From a virus (taxonomy: Duplodnaviria; Heunggongvirae; Uroviricota; Caudoviricetes): a stretch of DNA of 64,000 nucleotides. Every line of letters starts with the position of its first letter. The stretch's first letter is position 1. The stretch lies in the IMG/VR virus record IMGVR_UViG_3300029705_000019; one strand, given 5' to 3'. A program made the translations under genes and the position numbers. Positions 28,479 to 40,312 of the stretch are shown in pieces. The notes beneath the pieces were generated by a model. The model was not told where the DNA came from and made no database searches. It saw only the letters and a program-made list of their open reading frames with translations.

Positions 28479-29723
28479 TTACATAACCGAGTGCCATTCT
28501 CCGTTAATATATACATACCCACACCCTTGTTCAGTTGATTCTGTATTACCTTCTGGATAGTATACTGCTGACTCTTTCCACGGAGAGGTATACTGATAAA
28601 TAACTGATCCATCTGTTGGTGCATTTGCATTGGTTGCCTTTACATAAGCTCTAAATTGTACACTGTAACATTGTTCAGGAATTTGATATGAATACATACC
28701 GTTATTCGCACTTGATGATTTTATATTAACATATTCAGCACCATCAACTTTTGCTTGAAGTTGAACTACAACATCTGTTGCATTTGGTGTACTAGTTGTC
28801 CATTCTAGATAATACTTTTCTCCGCATAAATAACTTGAGGATCCTGTTAATTTTAAGTTCAAAGAGTTTACTAAAGCACCACCAACAGAATTTCTATTTC
28901 TTCTCATCAATAGGACACTGTTAGTTGTGTCTGATACATATCCTCCCCACGTGTTTGAACTGTAACTCAGTTCAAAAACACTGTTTGAATCAAGTCCTAC
29001 ATCACGTCGACGTAAACTGATTACTACGTCAGAATCTCCAACATTAAAAGAGCGTGAACTAATAGTGGGAGTATTGAGTGTCACCGGAGAAGAGACACTT
29101 GTACCACTTACATAAACATCAAGTGTGCAATAGTCGGATACATAATATGTCTCACCATTTTCGGTACCTGAAAATTTACCAGAAATAAAGACATTGCTAC
29201 CTTGTCTACTTAAAGAGAGTTTACCATAGACCCACTCAGTTCCATAATATGTACCTCTAACAATGATCTCAGCACTTGGAGCAATTGTATTACTAAAGGT
29301 GTAACCAGCAAACCTTCCGCTTCCCTCAGTCCATGTGAATGCATATGCGCCAACTCCTCCATAAGGACTCATTGTGACACCATGAACTATTGACCCATTA
29401 TTATTGGTCGATGTAATTGTACTCATCTCACCAATGATTGAGTTTAATGGGTAAGAACCATTTGCAAAACTAATTTGTTGTGTTGCGTTGTCTTTGATAT
29501 AATTGCTAAAGTCCCATGTTGTTCCTGAACTTGTAATGGTTTGAAGGCCAAGATTATAGGTTGATGTTCCATTATCATATTGAGGATTCAACGAGGCAGT
29601 ACCTGAATCAATGAAGACAGTTAACTTTCCTGAATCAATTATAATGCGGTAATTCGTGGTGATGCTATTTGCAGAATAGCTCAATGAATAGTCAAGAATT
29701 TTTGAACATTTTGCATAAACCAT
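28479..29723 (-). CDS. Tagged variable protein I (FN3-like C-domain; CGYVYINGEWHSVM)
   Basis: Shares N-terminal strands (IISKGTLTL / IIDSGKLTV; TSSGVSWTF / TSSGTTWDF) and the C-domain with H. ATATACATCG upstream. Confidence 0.75.
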   Translation of the reverse strand: MVYAKCSKILDYSLSYSANSITTNYRIIIDSGKLTVFIDSGTASLNPQYDNGTSTYNLGLQTITSSGTTWDFSNYIKDNATQQISFANGSYPLNSIIGEMSTITSTNNNGSIVHGVTMSPYGGVGAYAFTWTEGSGRFAGYTFSNTIAPSAEIIVRGTYYGTEWVYGKLSLSRQGSNVFISGKFSGTENGETYYVSDYCTLDVYVSGTSVSSPVTLNTPTISSRSFNVGDSDVVISLRRRDVGLDSNSVFELSYSSNTWGGYVSDTTNSVLLMRRNRNSVGGALVNSLNLKLTGSSSYLCGEKYYLEWTTSTPNATDVVVQLQAKVDGAEYVNIKSSSANNGMYSYQIPEQCYSVQFRAYVKATNANAPTDGSVIYQYTSPWKESAVYYPEGNTESTEQGCGYVYINGEWHSVM

Positions 29724-29899
29724 AAAGTTGCATACCTCCTGTGATAAAAAAATTTCATTACAGAATAATATACATCGTGCTGCATAAAAATATACCTACG
29801 AGATAGTTGATTTCAAATAAGTCGATGTATGATTAACTATAAAAGTTAATTATATTTATGGAGAAATCTTAAATAATAACAATATAATAAATTCGATAA

Positions 29900-29932
29900 T
29901 AAAAAAGCTCTGCATATAAATGCAGAGCTTTT
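29900..29932. terminator. Bidirectional terminator
   Basis: AAAAAAGCTCTGCAT...ATGCAGAGCTTTT; a related stem (AAAGCTCTGA...TCAGAGCTTT) lies at about 31858-31892. Confidence 0.75.
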
Positions 29933-29965
29933 ATTGTTTATTAATGTTAGATACCAGGGAGTAAC

Positions 29966-30034
29966 TTATTCAGTTTGTTTAACATACCGTTTATCATCTT
30001 GTACCAAGATATCAGGGTAAGGTATCAAAGTGGT
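29966..30034 (-). pseudogene. In-frame vestige after the stop of gene J (TTLIPYPDILVQDDKRYVKQTE*)
   Basis: Same frame as J directly after its TGA; resembles the C-terminus of gene M (AYPDNGIHTDGKWYVKQT). Confidence 0.5.
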
Positions 30035-30769
30035 TCAGCTTAGTAATGGAAACCAAACACCATCTATACTGACGTATCCATATGAGTCCTTGATAAAACT
30101 AAATGTATCAGTATATATAGTTGGGGAAATACCTGTTAGCCCAGAAGGGGTGTATGCTTCTGCGTATACACTAAATTTTACTGTTGAGCATTCTGGGATA
30201 TTAAAGCCGTAAGATGTTGATGTTGTCGAACTTGTAATTGGAATATAATCTGCACCATCAATACTAACTTTTGGGTAATATCGTACGCTTCCCTCTGACG
30301 CAGTTGATGTTGACCATGATAATATTACATTGTCCCCAATATTAAATACCTCTGGTGTCACACTGATTGATTCTGGTGTTGTAACAGTTGGACTTACAGC
30401 AGTCCATGTTAATGTAGTTGTAGATCCACCATGACCTTCCGCTAACGTAGATGTAACACCATCACCGAGTTCCATCATATGCATTGAAGAACCACTGACA
30501 GTCATTGTGTTGGTTCCGACTACTTCTTTGTAACTCCCTACAATCCCAGTACCCATCAAGCCTGTATATGAACCGTTGGAGTCAGGGAGTGATACATATG
30601 TTGTTGTTCCGTTTGTTGTGACGGTAAGATCTATGGTTGCGCCATCGTTGATATATTGATCGTATAATGAATTAACTGAGAGCTTGATATATCCATTTGC
30701 AATAGTAAATGTTACACAGTAGTAGCCCTCTGATGGACTAGATTTTTCTGAAGTAAATTGACATAACAT
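30035..30769 (-). CDS. Tagged variable protein J (FN3-like C-domain; YGYVSIDGVWFPLLS)
   Basis: C-domain VSIDGADYIPI...IPECSTVKF matches H and I. Variant motif ATATACTTCG upstream. Confidence 0.7.
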   Translation of the reverse strand: MLCQFTSEKSSPSEGYYCVTFTIANGYIKLSVNSLYDQYINDGATIDLTVTTNGTTTYVSLPDSNGSYTGLMGTGIVGSYKEVVGTNTMTVSGSSMHMMELGDGVTSTLAEGHGGSTTTLTWTAVSPTVTTPESISVTPEVFNIGDNVILSWSTSTASEGSVRYYPKVSIDGADYIPITSSTTSTSYGFNIPECSTVKFSVYAEAYTPSGLTGISPTIYTDTFSFIKDSYGYVSIDGVWFPLLS

Positions 30770-30855
30770 TTTTATAGTGCCTACTTTCTATAATGATATA
30801 CTTCTATATTATTATATACTTCGTAGCACAATAAAAATAAAGGGCTAATATAATA

Positions 30856-31794
30856 TTAGCCCTTTAATGGATTCCAAGTACCATCAATGAAAACATATCC
30901 AGGAGGAAGAACTCCAATAGGAATTTCATCGGTGTAGATATAGTCAGAATAGAATGTTTCACGTGTAGTTGTACCACCAACTACTCCAGTAGTATATGAA
31001 ATAATTACATAGTTTCTTGCACGGAACTGAATACCACCTTTATCAATATTAACAGTTGTATAATATCGACGTATACTTGGTAGAAGTGCAACATATAAAC
31101 TACAATTTGACCATGTAGACCCATCATAGCTATATTGGACTTCGTTTCCATATGAGGTTAATCCTGAATTCCAGTTTGGTGTTTGTGATAGTTCTACATC
31201 AATTGTTGTTCCATTTTCAACTTTTGTTGTTGAATATGTTGTATCAATTCTTAACGGTGGTAAACATTTTCCAACCTGTGAACCAACAAATGTGAAGTTT
31301 GTTTCATTATAACCAGTAATTGAACTAGTGCTATCTGTGATTGATACTCCAAGTGCACGTTGAGGGAAGTCCCATACAGCACCCTTACTAACAAGACCCT
31401 CCCATGTAGTAAAAAATGTAACAGTGTTTGTTCCACTTGAAATACCATCTGTTATTGTGTATGTTTGTGTATTAGCAGTTGCATGCCAACTTTGATACGT
31501 TTGATAGGACAAAGGACTATACAATGGATTTAATGATTCATAGTTTTTATGAGCAGTTATCACATATGCTTTATTATTAACAAGAATACCGGACAGGACT
31601 CTTGTTTCGTGATTCTCATATGTTGGTACACCCTGGAAACCGTAAGCACTTCCTGACCAGGTTGATGTAATTTCAAGGGTATTTGGATATGTGTAATATA
31701 GTTCACAAGTAACATATCCAAGTCCACCTCCTGAAGCTGTATTTCCTTGTTGTACATCTAGTATCCAACCCGCTAACAATATTTTTTCAGCCAT
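30856..31794 (-). CDS. Tagged variable protein K (start revised to MAEKILL; PGYVFIDGTWNPLKG)
   Basis: Paralog of E. GAGG SD upstream of the ATG at 31794; ATATACATCAA upstream. Confidence 0.7.
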   Translation of the reverse strand: MAEKILLAGWILDVQQGNTASGGGLGYVTCELYYTYPNTLEITSTWSGSAYGFQGVPTYENHETRVLSGILVNNKAYVITAHKNYESLNPLYSPLSYQTYQSWHATANTQTYTITDGISSGTNTVTFFTTWEGLVSKGAVWDFPQRALGVSITDSTSSITGYNETNFTFVGSQVGKCLPPLRIDTTYSTTKVENGTTIDVELSQTPNWNSGLTSYGNEVQYSYDGSTWSNCSLYVALLPSIRRYYTTVNIDKGGIQFRARNYVIISYTTGVVGGTTTRETFYSDYIYTDEIPIGVLPPGYVFIDGTWNPLKG

Positions 31795-31907
31795 AAACAA
31801 TTTTATCCTCATCATTTAATCTATATAAAAGTATATACATCAAAGGAGATAAAAATAAAAAGCTCTGAGCCTAAATGATTCAGAGCTTTTTATTTTTATC
31901 TATTTCA

Positions 31908-32858
31908 TTATTCAATCGGTGTCCAAATTCCATCAATCATTATATAACCGTAACATGATGAGGATTCTTCTACAATTTCTTCCATTTCCACTATTACAAT
32001 GTCACTTGTTGCTGTACAATATGCAGCACTGTCATCGAATTCTTGAGCGTAAGCGTCATGAAACTCAGCAACATAGTACACTGATGCACCAATGGTATCT
32101 TCAGGCATATAATCAGTGAAGAAATAGCCATACCAAAAACCATCTGTTGATGTATCAAGTATTTCAGCTGTATATGATGATTCTCCTATTTGTTTCATAT
32201 ATCTTGTTATCTTTGTAACATATATTAATTCTTCATCAGCTTCGCTTGCCCATAACTTAATTTCTGCTGATTTACCTGAGTACAGTGTGGGTACATCAAA
32301 CGCAGCCGACGGCGGATTATTTAATGGTAAATTTGTTAATCTAAAATTTACATTATAAAAAGACTGTGCATACGAGTTTGATGTTAATATTCTATATATG
32401 TTATTACTTGTACTAGGAATGTAATCTATTGAGGGATTCTCAGACGCTTCGCTACCATCTGCATAGTACCAACTTGCTGATATATCAACATAACTAGAAA
32501 ATGATCCTGGAGTCCTATCAAAAAAGTGATAAGAAAAATTTTCAGAAGAGATATACGTTCCGCTATCAATAGTTATTGTTTCTGTTTCATAATTATATAC
32601 GTTTGGTCCACAAATATATTTGATAGTTATTTCTATATTTCGTTCGACGTCATCTGTGTTATATACTGGTGTACGATTGAAATTAAAGTTAAAATTCATG
32701 AAATGACTATCAGAACCTGAAGCTGTTTTTTCTACATTGAAATCACATTCAACATATGAATAATTATCTGTATCATTTGATCTGAATATTAATCTAGAAC
32801 TATCATCCTTTACATATGGAACACTAGCACCACTGTTATACGAAGTAACATTCGACAT
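31908..32858 (-). CDS. Tagged variable protein L (YGYIMIDGIWTPIE)
   Basis: GGAG SD, ATATACATCG at about 32904, Ig-like C-terminal region, own terminator. Confidence 0.7.
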   Translation of the reverse strand: MSNVTSYNSGASVPYVKDDSSRLIFRSNDTDNYSYVECDFNVEKTASGSDSHFMNFNFNFNRTPVYNTDDVERNIEITIKYICGPNVYNYETETITIDSGTYISSENFSYHFFDRTPGSFSSYVDISASWYYADGSEASENPSIDYIPSTSNNIYRILTSNSYAQSFYNVNFRLTNLPLNNPPSAAFDVPTLYSGKSAEIKLWASEADEELIYVTKITRYMKQIGESSYTAEILDTSTDGFWYGYFFTDYMPEDTIGASVYYVAEFHDAYAQEFDDSAAYCTATSDIVIVEMEEIVEESSSCYGYIMIDGIWTPIE

Positions 32859-33028
32859 ATATTAAAATCTCCATCTATCTATAAAAAATTTAATTATAGA
32901 TAAATATACATCGTTCTATAAACTATAAGCTATCAAGAATGTATTCTTTTTATCTATTTGTATAATCTTAACTAACACTCGATGTATAAAAAACTATATA
33001 AATTAGATTAAAATTGAGGTAAAACAAT

Positions 33029-33616
33029 ATGTCAAATGGTGGTTATGTTTATGTAAGTTCTGATGCAGCATGGCATCCTCTATACCCAAGTGGACCAACA
33101 ATTGTGTGGGATGTGTATAATGTTGATACTCTTTATTATGATGCATCAAGTGTGCAGTCATACAGTGCAATATTCGATCTCGATGATAATAGATATGTTA
33201 TTGTAGACAGGCTTGTTTATTCTCCATTTATAGCTTCTGACGGAACTCCATATGCATATGAGATTCCTAACTATGATACTTTATCCAATTATGAAATGAC
33301 GAGAGATGAACTTTTTAATTCCTACTCCAAAGGAACTCTTTCTCCAGGTTATGTATTACGACGCACTGAATATTCTAATGGTGATGGTGAGTATTTAGAA
33401 GAAGGATTCTACTGGCAATTACTTGGATGGTTTGTTTCTACTACTTCATCAGGTTTTGGATCTAGTAAGAGATTGTATGTCAATTACTATGCGTATTCTT
33501 CAACTCCAACAAATGTGAAAGGTTCATGGATACAAGCTATTGAATCAACAAATTCAAGTGCCTATCCTGATAACGGTATACACACTGATGGTAAGTGGTA
33601 TGTGAAACAAACATAA
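33029..33616 (+). CDS. Tagged variable protein M (N-terminal GGYVYVSSDAAWHPL; C-terminal AYPDNG...WYVKQT)
   Basis: GAGGT SD, CTCGATGTATAA upstream, terminator at about 33617-33653. Confidence 0.7.
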   Translation: MSNGGYVYVSSDAAWHPLYPSGPTIVWDVYNVDTLYYDASSVQSYSAIFDLDDNRYVIVDRLVYSPFIASDGTPYAYEIPNYDTLSNYEMTRDELFNSYSKGTLSPGYVLRRTEYSNGDGEYLEEGFYWQLLGWFVSTTSSGFGSSKRLYVNYYAYSSTPTNVKGSWIQAIESTNSSAYPDNGIHTDGKWYVKQT

Positions 33617-33653
33617 AAATAAGCTTCGCGCTTAAATGTGCGAAGCTTATTTT
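33617..33653. terminator. Bidirectional terminator closing the cassette array
   Basis: AAATAAGCTTCGC...GCGAAGCTTATTT. Confidence 0.75.
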
Positions 33654-33747
33654 ATTATTCTGCATATTTCATAATATTTCCAAGCGTATCCAACTAAAAT
33701 GATTACTGCTATTATAAGTGCCGCTATGAAACTAAAAATTATTTGTT

Positions 33748-36700
33748 TCAATCTTTTACTTCAACCAATTCAAATTTAACAACTTCGAGTTTACTATGTT
33801 TACCTTTGTTTGAGGAATACTTTGGATGCTCTTTGTCTGCATAATATTGATTATAGTAATCAACAGCAGACTGTGCATTACCGAGTTTGTCCCAGTATTT
33901 TCTTTTTGGATTTGTAATATCAGATACTAACTTACCTGTGGCTATTTCACGAGCTGCATAAAGGTAAATTTTCTTTTTGTTTATTTCGTCACTCGATGAA
34001 ATAGGAACTGCTGTTGTTTCGTAGGAGGGTGTAATGATTCCACAAGCTTCTTTAAGTTTTGAGTGACAGTTATCACATAACCAAACCTTATCCTCATCTA
34101 CAATACGTGCCTTTGGATTCTCTAACTTGTGACAAACAAGACATCTCCTTGTTGGAAAACCCACACTTAGGTTAGATATAGGTGCAAGAATGGATTCGTC
34201 GTCTCTAAACGTATTTTCCATATTTATGTCTCCTTCCGGTGTTGAATAACTACTCAATTATTTTTACCTCATTACCGAATTCGTCAAATAGAATTGAAGC
34301 AAGATAGCATCCAATGGTACCATCAACAATATCGGTTTCTGTTTCATCAAGATTATAATACCAAGTATAATATCTATCACATCCGAGATCACTCAATGAC
34401 TGTCGAATAGCATTTGACCAATGATGACTTCCTGTATCAAAGCTAATAATATCAGTTTCTTCATCATAGATATACCACATACTGTCATAAGCCTTGATGA
34501 GATACTTTCTCATTAACTCTGCAAAATATTTACTTTTAAAGACTTTTCGGTAAAAGCTTCTTTCTGTAACATTTATCAGATTTACATTACCACAAGCTTC
34601 TGCAATTGTGTTCAGAATATATTCATCATTGTAATAATTACCAAGTTTTTCTTTGATGATACGATATACATCAGAAACATCTTCAGCTGTTCCAATTAAT
34701 CTATCATAATCATTACAGTTCTCACAGTATAAGCTATACTTCTCTTCTGTTTTTATTTCAATTTCGCCAAGATGCGTATCATATATGTAGTACATTTAAT
34801 AGTCTTCCTTAATCTGCCATTTCTTATATCCAAGATCTTGTTTTGCTCTTACACGAGCAGCTTTACATTTGTCTTCCGACCAATATTCATCTCTAATAGC
34901 ATATCTGATATCTTTGAAAACAAGACCCATTTCCTCACATGTTTCCTTAATACGAGATGCAAGATGTTTACCTGACATCTCTTTACCACTTGCATCAAGA
35001 TGTGGTGCGCTTCTCGGTACTGTGAACAACATAATGATGCCATCATCAGTGTCTTCAAACTTATCAACGACAACACCCATTTCACACCATGTGATGTACA
35101 TTCCCTTTGCAATGTTACTGTTAAACAAGATTATCTCCTCCAAAATAAATATGAAATCCTAACCAATGAATTTCCATCCATGGTTCATCAGGCCAAATAG
35201 CTGAATGACTAAACATTATAGTGGGTATCAAATAAAACAAGCTGAAATCAATTTCAAATTCCATTAATCATCAACTCCGTTTTTACAAATTGATTCTCCA
35301 CCAAAATTACTATCATTTTCAACGCAGTCAAAATGTTTAAGATCAGTAAACTCATCCTCAATCAATGTAAGAGGATAATTAGCATTCATATAACAATAAT
35401 AACTATTTGTAGTAGTGTCATAAACAATATCACCACTCACTAGGTTATCGATATCAACTTGCTGTGTAATAAGCTCTTTCCGTTTTTCACGAATTTGTAA
35501 TTTCAGTTGATTGATAAGTAAATGAGCCGCATGAAGCTGGTTATCAAGCTGTTTTAATTCTTCTGTGTATTCTGTTGATACAGCTCTAAATTTGAAACAA
35601 TTCATTTATTTGTGACAGCCTTTCTAATAACGTTTTCACTCAAATCTGGATTAACAATGGACTCCACCCCACCATACCAATCTTCGGATGGAATATCATC
35701 TTCTGTAAAACCCTGTTTACTTAGCCAACTAGAAATAATATAGTCGTAATGATTAAATTTGGCATCTGCAGATGTTCTTTGTTTCAGTGCATAATCAATA
35801 TATGCAGGCAGTTTCATCTTACAACACCTCCATTACGATACTTGATCCATTCTTCATTTCTTTTAATAGAATCAAGATATAACTGAAAAGAAGACTTCAT
35901 GGCTTTATCAAGTTTTTCACCATAAATGATTTCAAATTCAGCAATCGCATCATCCATAGTTTTAGCTTCAAGAGGCATATCCCAACAACCTGTAGAACCC
36001 CAAGTATAAACTTGTTCCGGTTTATATCGGCGTTTAATTTCCTGCTGAGTCCATCTTTTAGTGTAAGTTGGGATGTGACAAATATAGTAATCACTATGGT
36101 TATTGATACACAGATCAGTTCTACTAGGTGTATAGCATCCACCGTCCTCATAGGCTGTTGTATCTTCTCTGCTCCACTTAATATCAGCTGTGTTGTATGC
36201 ACTCCATTCCCAACGATTCCAATCCATCATATAGATATTGTTATGAAATATATTGTTCAGCTTTTCATAAACACCTACAACATCAATCCACAGTTTTTCG
36301 GATTCAAATATAACAGTTATAGCTCTTAAAAACTTCTTTTCATCGTAATGTTTTACTTCTATGTCAATAATAGTAATATCATTACTAACTGTTTCAAAAA
36401 CAGCGTTGATAACTTCTGTTGTTTCAAGCTCTACTTTACTATAGAGTCTCACATATTGTTTCATTCTTTGTCACTCCATTCAGTAATATGTCTACCACAT
36501 TCAGGGCAATACTTCGGTTTATAGATACCAACTGTGTCCCACATATTGATTTTATCATTCCATGCTCTCATTTCAATTCTTGGACCCTGATGAAAACCAC
36601 AACTGTACATTATGGAGTAGCCTCTTTCAACATCTCCTACTGTTGAAGAATGAAAGTCAGTATCAGGATCAAGATCATGCTGAGTGCGACAACTTGCGCA

Positions 36701-39603
36701 ATACCAACAAACATCTTTTCTCAATTCTTTGTGCTTGCAGGGTTCTAAACAAGGTTCTAAAACAGGCATCGGCTCAGACCAATCACTAAACTTTTTACAA
36801 CAGTCAAGTTCTGAATCATAATGTTCACAATCAATAGCCACTTACTTCTTATTCTCCTTATCAATATCCGGTGGAATGTTTACTTCTAGTTCCATGAGAG
36901 TGGGAAGGAGATACCATAAACAATACCATCCATTTCTCATTTTAATTGCAAGTAACGTTATGCAAATAAAACAAATCATTCTTAACAAAGTGTACATAAT
37001 AATATGTAATTTGATAATTGACTTCATACAATCTCCTCTGCAAAAGAGAAGTTAACAAAAATTCTTAGACCGTCATCAATCCATTCGTAATCAACAACTT
37101 CATTTCGTTGCTGATATTCCTCAAGCATCTGTTTAGCATCATCCTCTGTGTAGATAAAGTCAAGCAAGTTAGGTCTGTTAACAGGAATAAACAACCACAT
37201 AATTAAACCTCTTTTCTATGCAACTTTTCAAATTCATCACGAAGTACATATGTAAATAGAGACTTAGGTTCGTACAGATGGAATGTTGGAAGAGTTCTTG
37301 TATTCTTGTCAAGCTGTATAAGAGCTTCTTCAGTCCATTTATGGTCTCCTCTACGAGCAGAAAATCTGTAGCTCCAATTTAACCATGCATCGGATTGTAG
37401 CACACCAATCCTGCCACAAGTTGTGCAATATGTACCAATTGATGTATTTAACATTGATTTATATCCATCAACACTATCATAGATAATATCTGATGCCTCA
37501 TACACACAGGGCTGATAAGTATGTTTACATGCTCTTTTCTTCGGCATAACAACTCCTCTTTCAGGTATTTTATTTTCTACATTAATATTATAATGTATAA
37601 GTTGTAAAACTTCAACTTGAATTGTTAGTTTTACATATAAAAGCTCGCCTATGCGCTTTAATTGTGCAAGGCGAGTCGTAAGAGGTAATAATTTATATTA
37701 GTGAAATTGTTTCAATTGTGACTGGTCAAGTTTTATCCACATCTGTGGAGAAAGTTGTGGCAGTTTTATTGAGCCATCTCTTAGTTTCAAAAGAAGAGAT
37801 GTAATGATGGTCACAAAATTCAGCAAAGGGACAGCCGTTCTTTTCACAATTAGAAATAGAGGGCATCAAGCAGATGTGCTCACGCATAAGTGCTTCAACA
37901 ACATCTTCTTTGTGTTCTACAATCTTTTCAAACAAGACATCAAGATTAGTTTTCATCTTCCACAATCTCACACTTTTCTTCATAGATGTTGTACTTTTTC
38001 TTGAGTTCAATCCATGCCGGAATGTTATCCCAGATAACCTCGCCACGGTAAATACACTTCTTCATCAATACTTTTTCAACTTCTTCCGCAAATTCTTTTA
38101 TCAAAGAAAGGTCAGAGTTGAGATTATTGATACAGTTAATAACATCTCCAACATAGTAAACATTTTCTATGTCAACGCCATTCTCATATACCATTCTTGG
38201 AGTGTCATAAGTTCCATTATCGAATACTCCATTTATGTCAGAAAACCACATCGGAAGCTGCTTGATTGCATCGATGGCATCTGATTTACGAATCATATCG
38301 TTATGTTCCATTTCCACATATCCTCTTTGTCTTTGTTGTTAATAAGTCTACAACAATTTATACATTCATCACTAAAGATGAAATGAATACAATTTTTACA
38401 TTTTGGCTCAATAGGTTTATGTTTAACAAGAATATTAATTGTGTCCGCTTCTGTAATTGATAGAGGAACTGTTCCAAAGATCTTACTAATCTTACAATTA
38501 ATATATTTTTGAGGTAACTTCCAAGCCATACCACGCCAGAAACAATACTTAGAACCTTCTGTTGTTTGAATCCATAATGCAACTATTTCATTGTGACTGA
38601 AAAGATTATCAATGGCGTGTTTTAATTTCATCTTTAGCTCCTTGATAGTTTTTCTTTAACATATTGATTCTTATAAACAGTTCTTTGTCATCAATGAATC
38701 CATTAAAAAATTCTGTCATAATTTTATCAAGTTCATTGAAAAATACTTTATTAGGTATCTCACCAACAACGGCGTCAACTGCAATAGCCTCAGCTACATC
38801 CAGACCAATCAGATCTCCGTAATCATTGTAACATAACCTGCCGTCAGGTCTGATAACCCAACAATAGTCATTTGTAATATCATCACCTGTCCGTTTATTA
38901 ATAACACGATACTTAATCTGCATCTTCATTGTTCTCCATTTCATGTACTGTTCCACAAAAGAACCATCCCATTGATTCAATCCAATTAGTAAAGTACTGC
39001 ATAAATTTATCAGAATCAATATCTGGCTGTGTTTCAACAAAGCCAATAATTTTTGTATAATTGGTACCCTCAATTGGCATAAATCTCACACACTTATCGG
39101 GCTCAACTGTAGTGCAATCACTAGCACCGTTTTGACATTCGTCACACCTCGGGCATCTCTCGATCATTCAAACAACACCTCCACCAGTTTCTCAGCAAGC
39201 TGAACAAGATGCTGAATTTCAAGCTCAGACATTAACATAATTTCGTTAAGGGAGAACGTCTGAAAAATTGCATAGAATGGATCATACCATCCTTGAAAAA
39301 ACATTTCATTACTTTTGTCAAACATTGACTTATAATAAGCAATAAGTTCTTCTTTGTACTTCATAAATCTTATTCTCCCATAAGTTTCTTGATAAGATCA
39401 TCAAGAGAAATAGAATATGTACAACATTTATTAATTGGTGTGATATAGATATGTGAAGGAACATCAATGCCGCATTGCTGTTCAATTAGCTGAATGTAAT
39501 GACCCTCAGCTGTTACAATTTCAATACCATGAGATTTCTTTTCATTACTAAATCTTTCTTCATATGTTCTATTATTAAATTTCTTCTGCGCTCTGTACTT
39601 CAT
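33748..39603 (-). other. Dense block of about 17 small early hypothetical ORFs
   Basis: Tightly packed minus-strand ORFs with ATGA-type overlaps and SD sites, many Cys-rich; no family recognised. Confidence 0.6.
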
Positions 39604-39833
39604 TATACAATACCATCCGTCTCAACAAAATTAACAGTGATTTCAGGATTATAGGTTTTGAATATGGTTGTATATTTTTCAACCAATGTACCATGATAAC
39701 CAATCATAGGACCCGGCATATCTGTATAGATATTAAGAATGTTTCTTTTATAACTAAAAAGAACAAAGTGGTTAATATGAGCATCAGCTTTCCATTCTTT
39801 TATAATCTTTGTAATAGTATTTCTTGTCAACAT
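39603..39833 (-). CDS. Small KH-domain-like protein (ribosomal S3-type KH)
   Basis: IYTDMPGPMIGYHGTLVEKY resembles the IxTxRPGxxIGxxG GxxG loop. Confidence 0.5.
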   Translation of the reverse strand: MLTRNTITKIIKEWKADAHINHFVLFSYKRNILNIYTDMPGPMIGYHGTLVEKYTTIFKTYNPEITVNFVETDGIV

Positions 39834-40312
39834 TATTCAATTACCTCCTTGACACTGATTCTATATTCATCAACATCATATGTTTCAATAACATTATATC
39901 TTGACATAAATTCAACAAGAGAAACTTCTTTATCAACTTTAACGATGTACTCATTGTGGGTTGTATAGTATTCTTCGATTTGATACATTGTGTTGATTGT
40001 TGAACCAATGATTGCAAAGGCAGCAATTATGTAAATAAATATTTGAAAAGATTTATTTCTTTTTACTTGCCAATGATACTTAAGTAGGAACCAACAAAAC
40101 CAAACAACAAAGCCACAAATAATCATCAGAAAGAGTGATAATGCAATGGTGGTAAACAGACTTGATTCTCTACAAAGTATAGTTTCAAGAATTGTGATTC
40201 CCTGTATCATACTTAATTTCCTCCGTAAGTAACATTGCTTTATTTTACAATATAATTATAATGTAAAATAACTGTTTAATCAACTAAAAAGAAGCGGTTA
40301 TCAATCGCTTCT

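Noticed and set aside
30035-30037. Stop-codon reassignment (alternative genetic code)
   Set aside because: Conserved enzymes such as topoisomerase, Tpt1 and the deaminase are full length under the standard code. The in-frame tail after J is an isolated case.
24935-33616. Shufflon-type invertible system using CGATGTATA as recombination sites
   Set aside because: The sites sit at promoter distance upstream of complete genes rather than inside a shared ORF. No constant 5' exon or recombinase is visible in the window. Inversion is not excluded, but nothing here supports it.
24935-33616. Diversity-generating retroelement
   Set aside because: No reverse transcriptase and no near-identical template/variable repeat pair; the paralogs are deeply diverged.
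25706-33653. CRISPR-like repeats
   Set aside because: The recurring palindromes are terminator hairpins separated by whole genes, with no regular spacers or cas genes.
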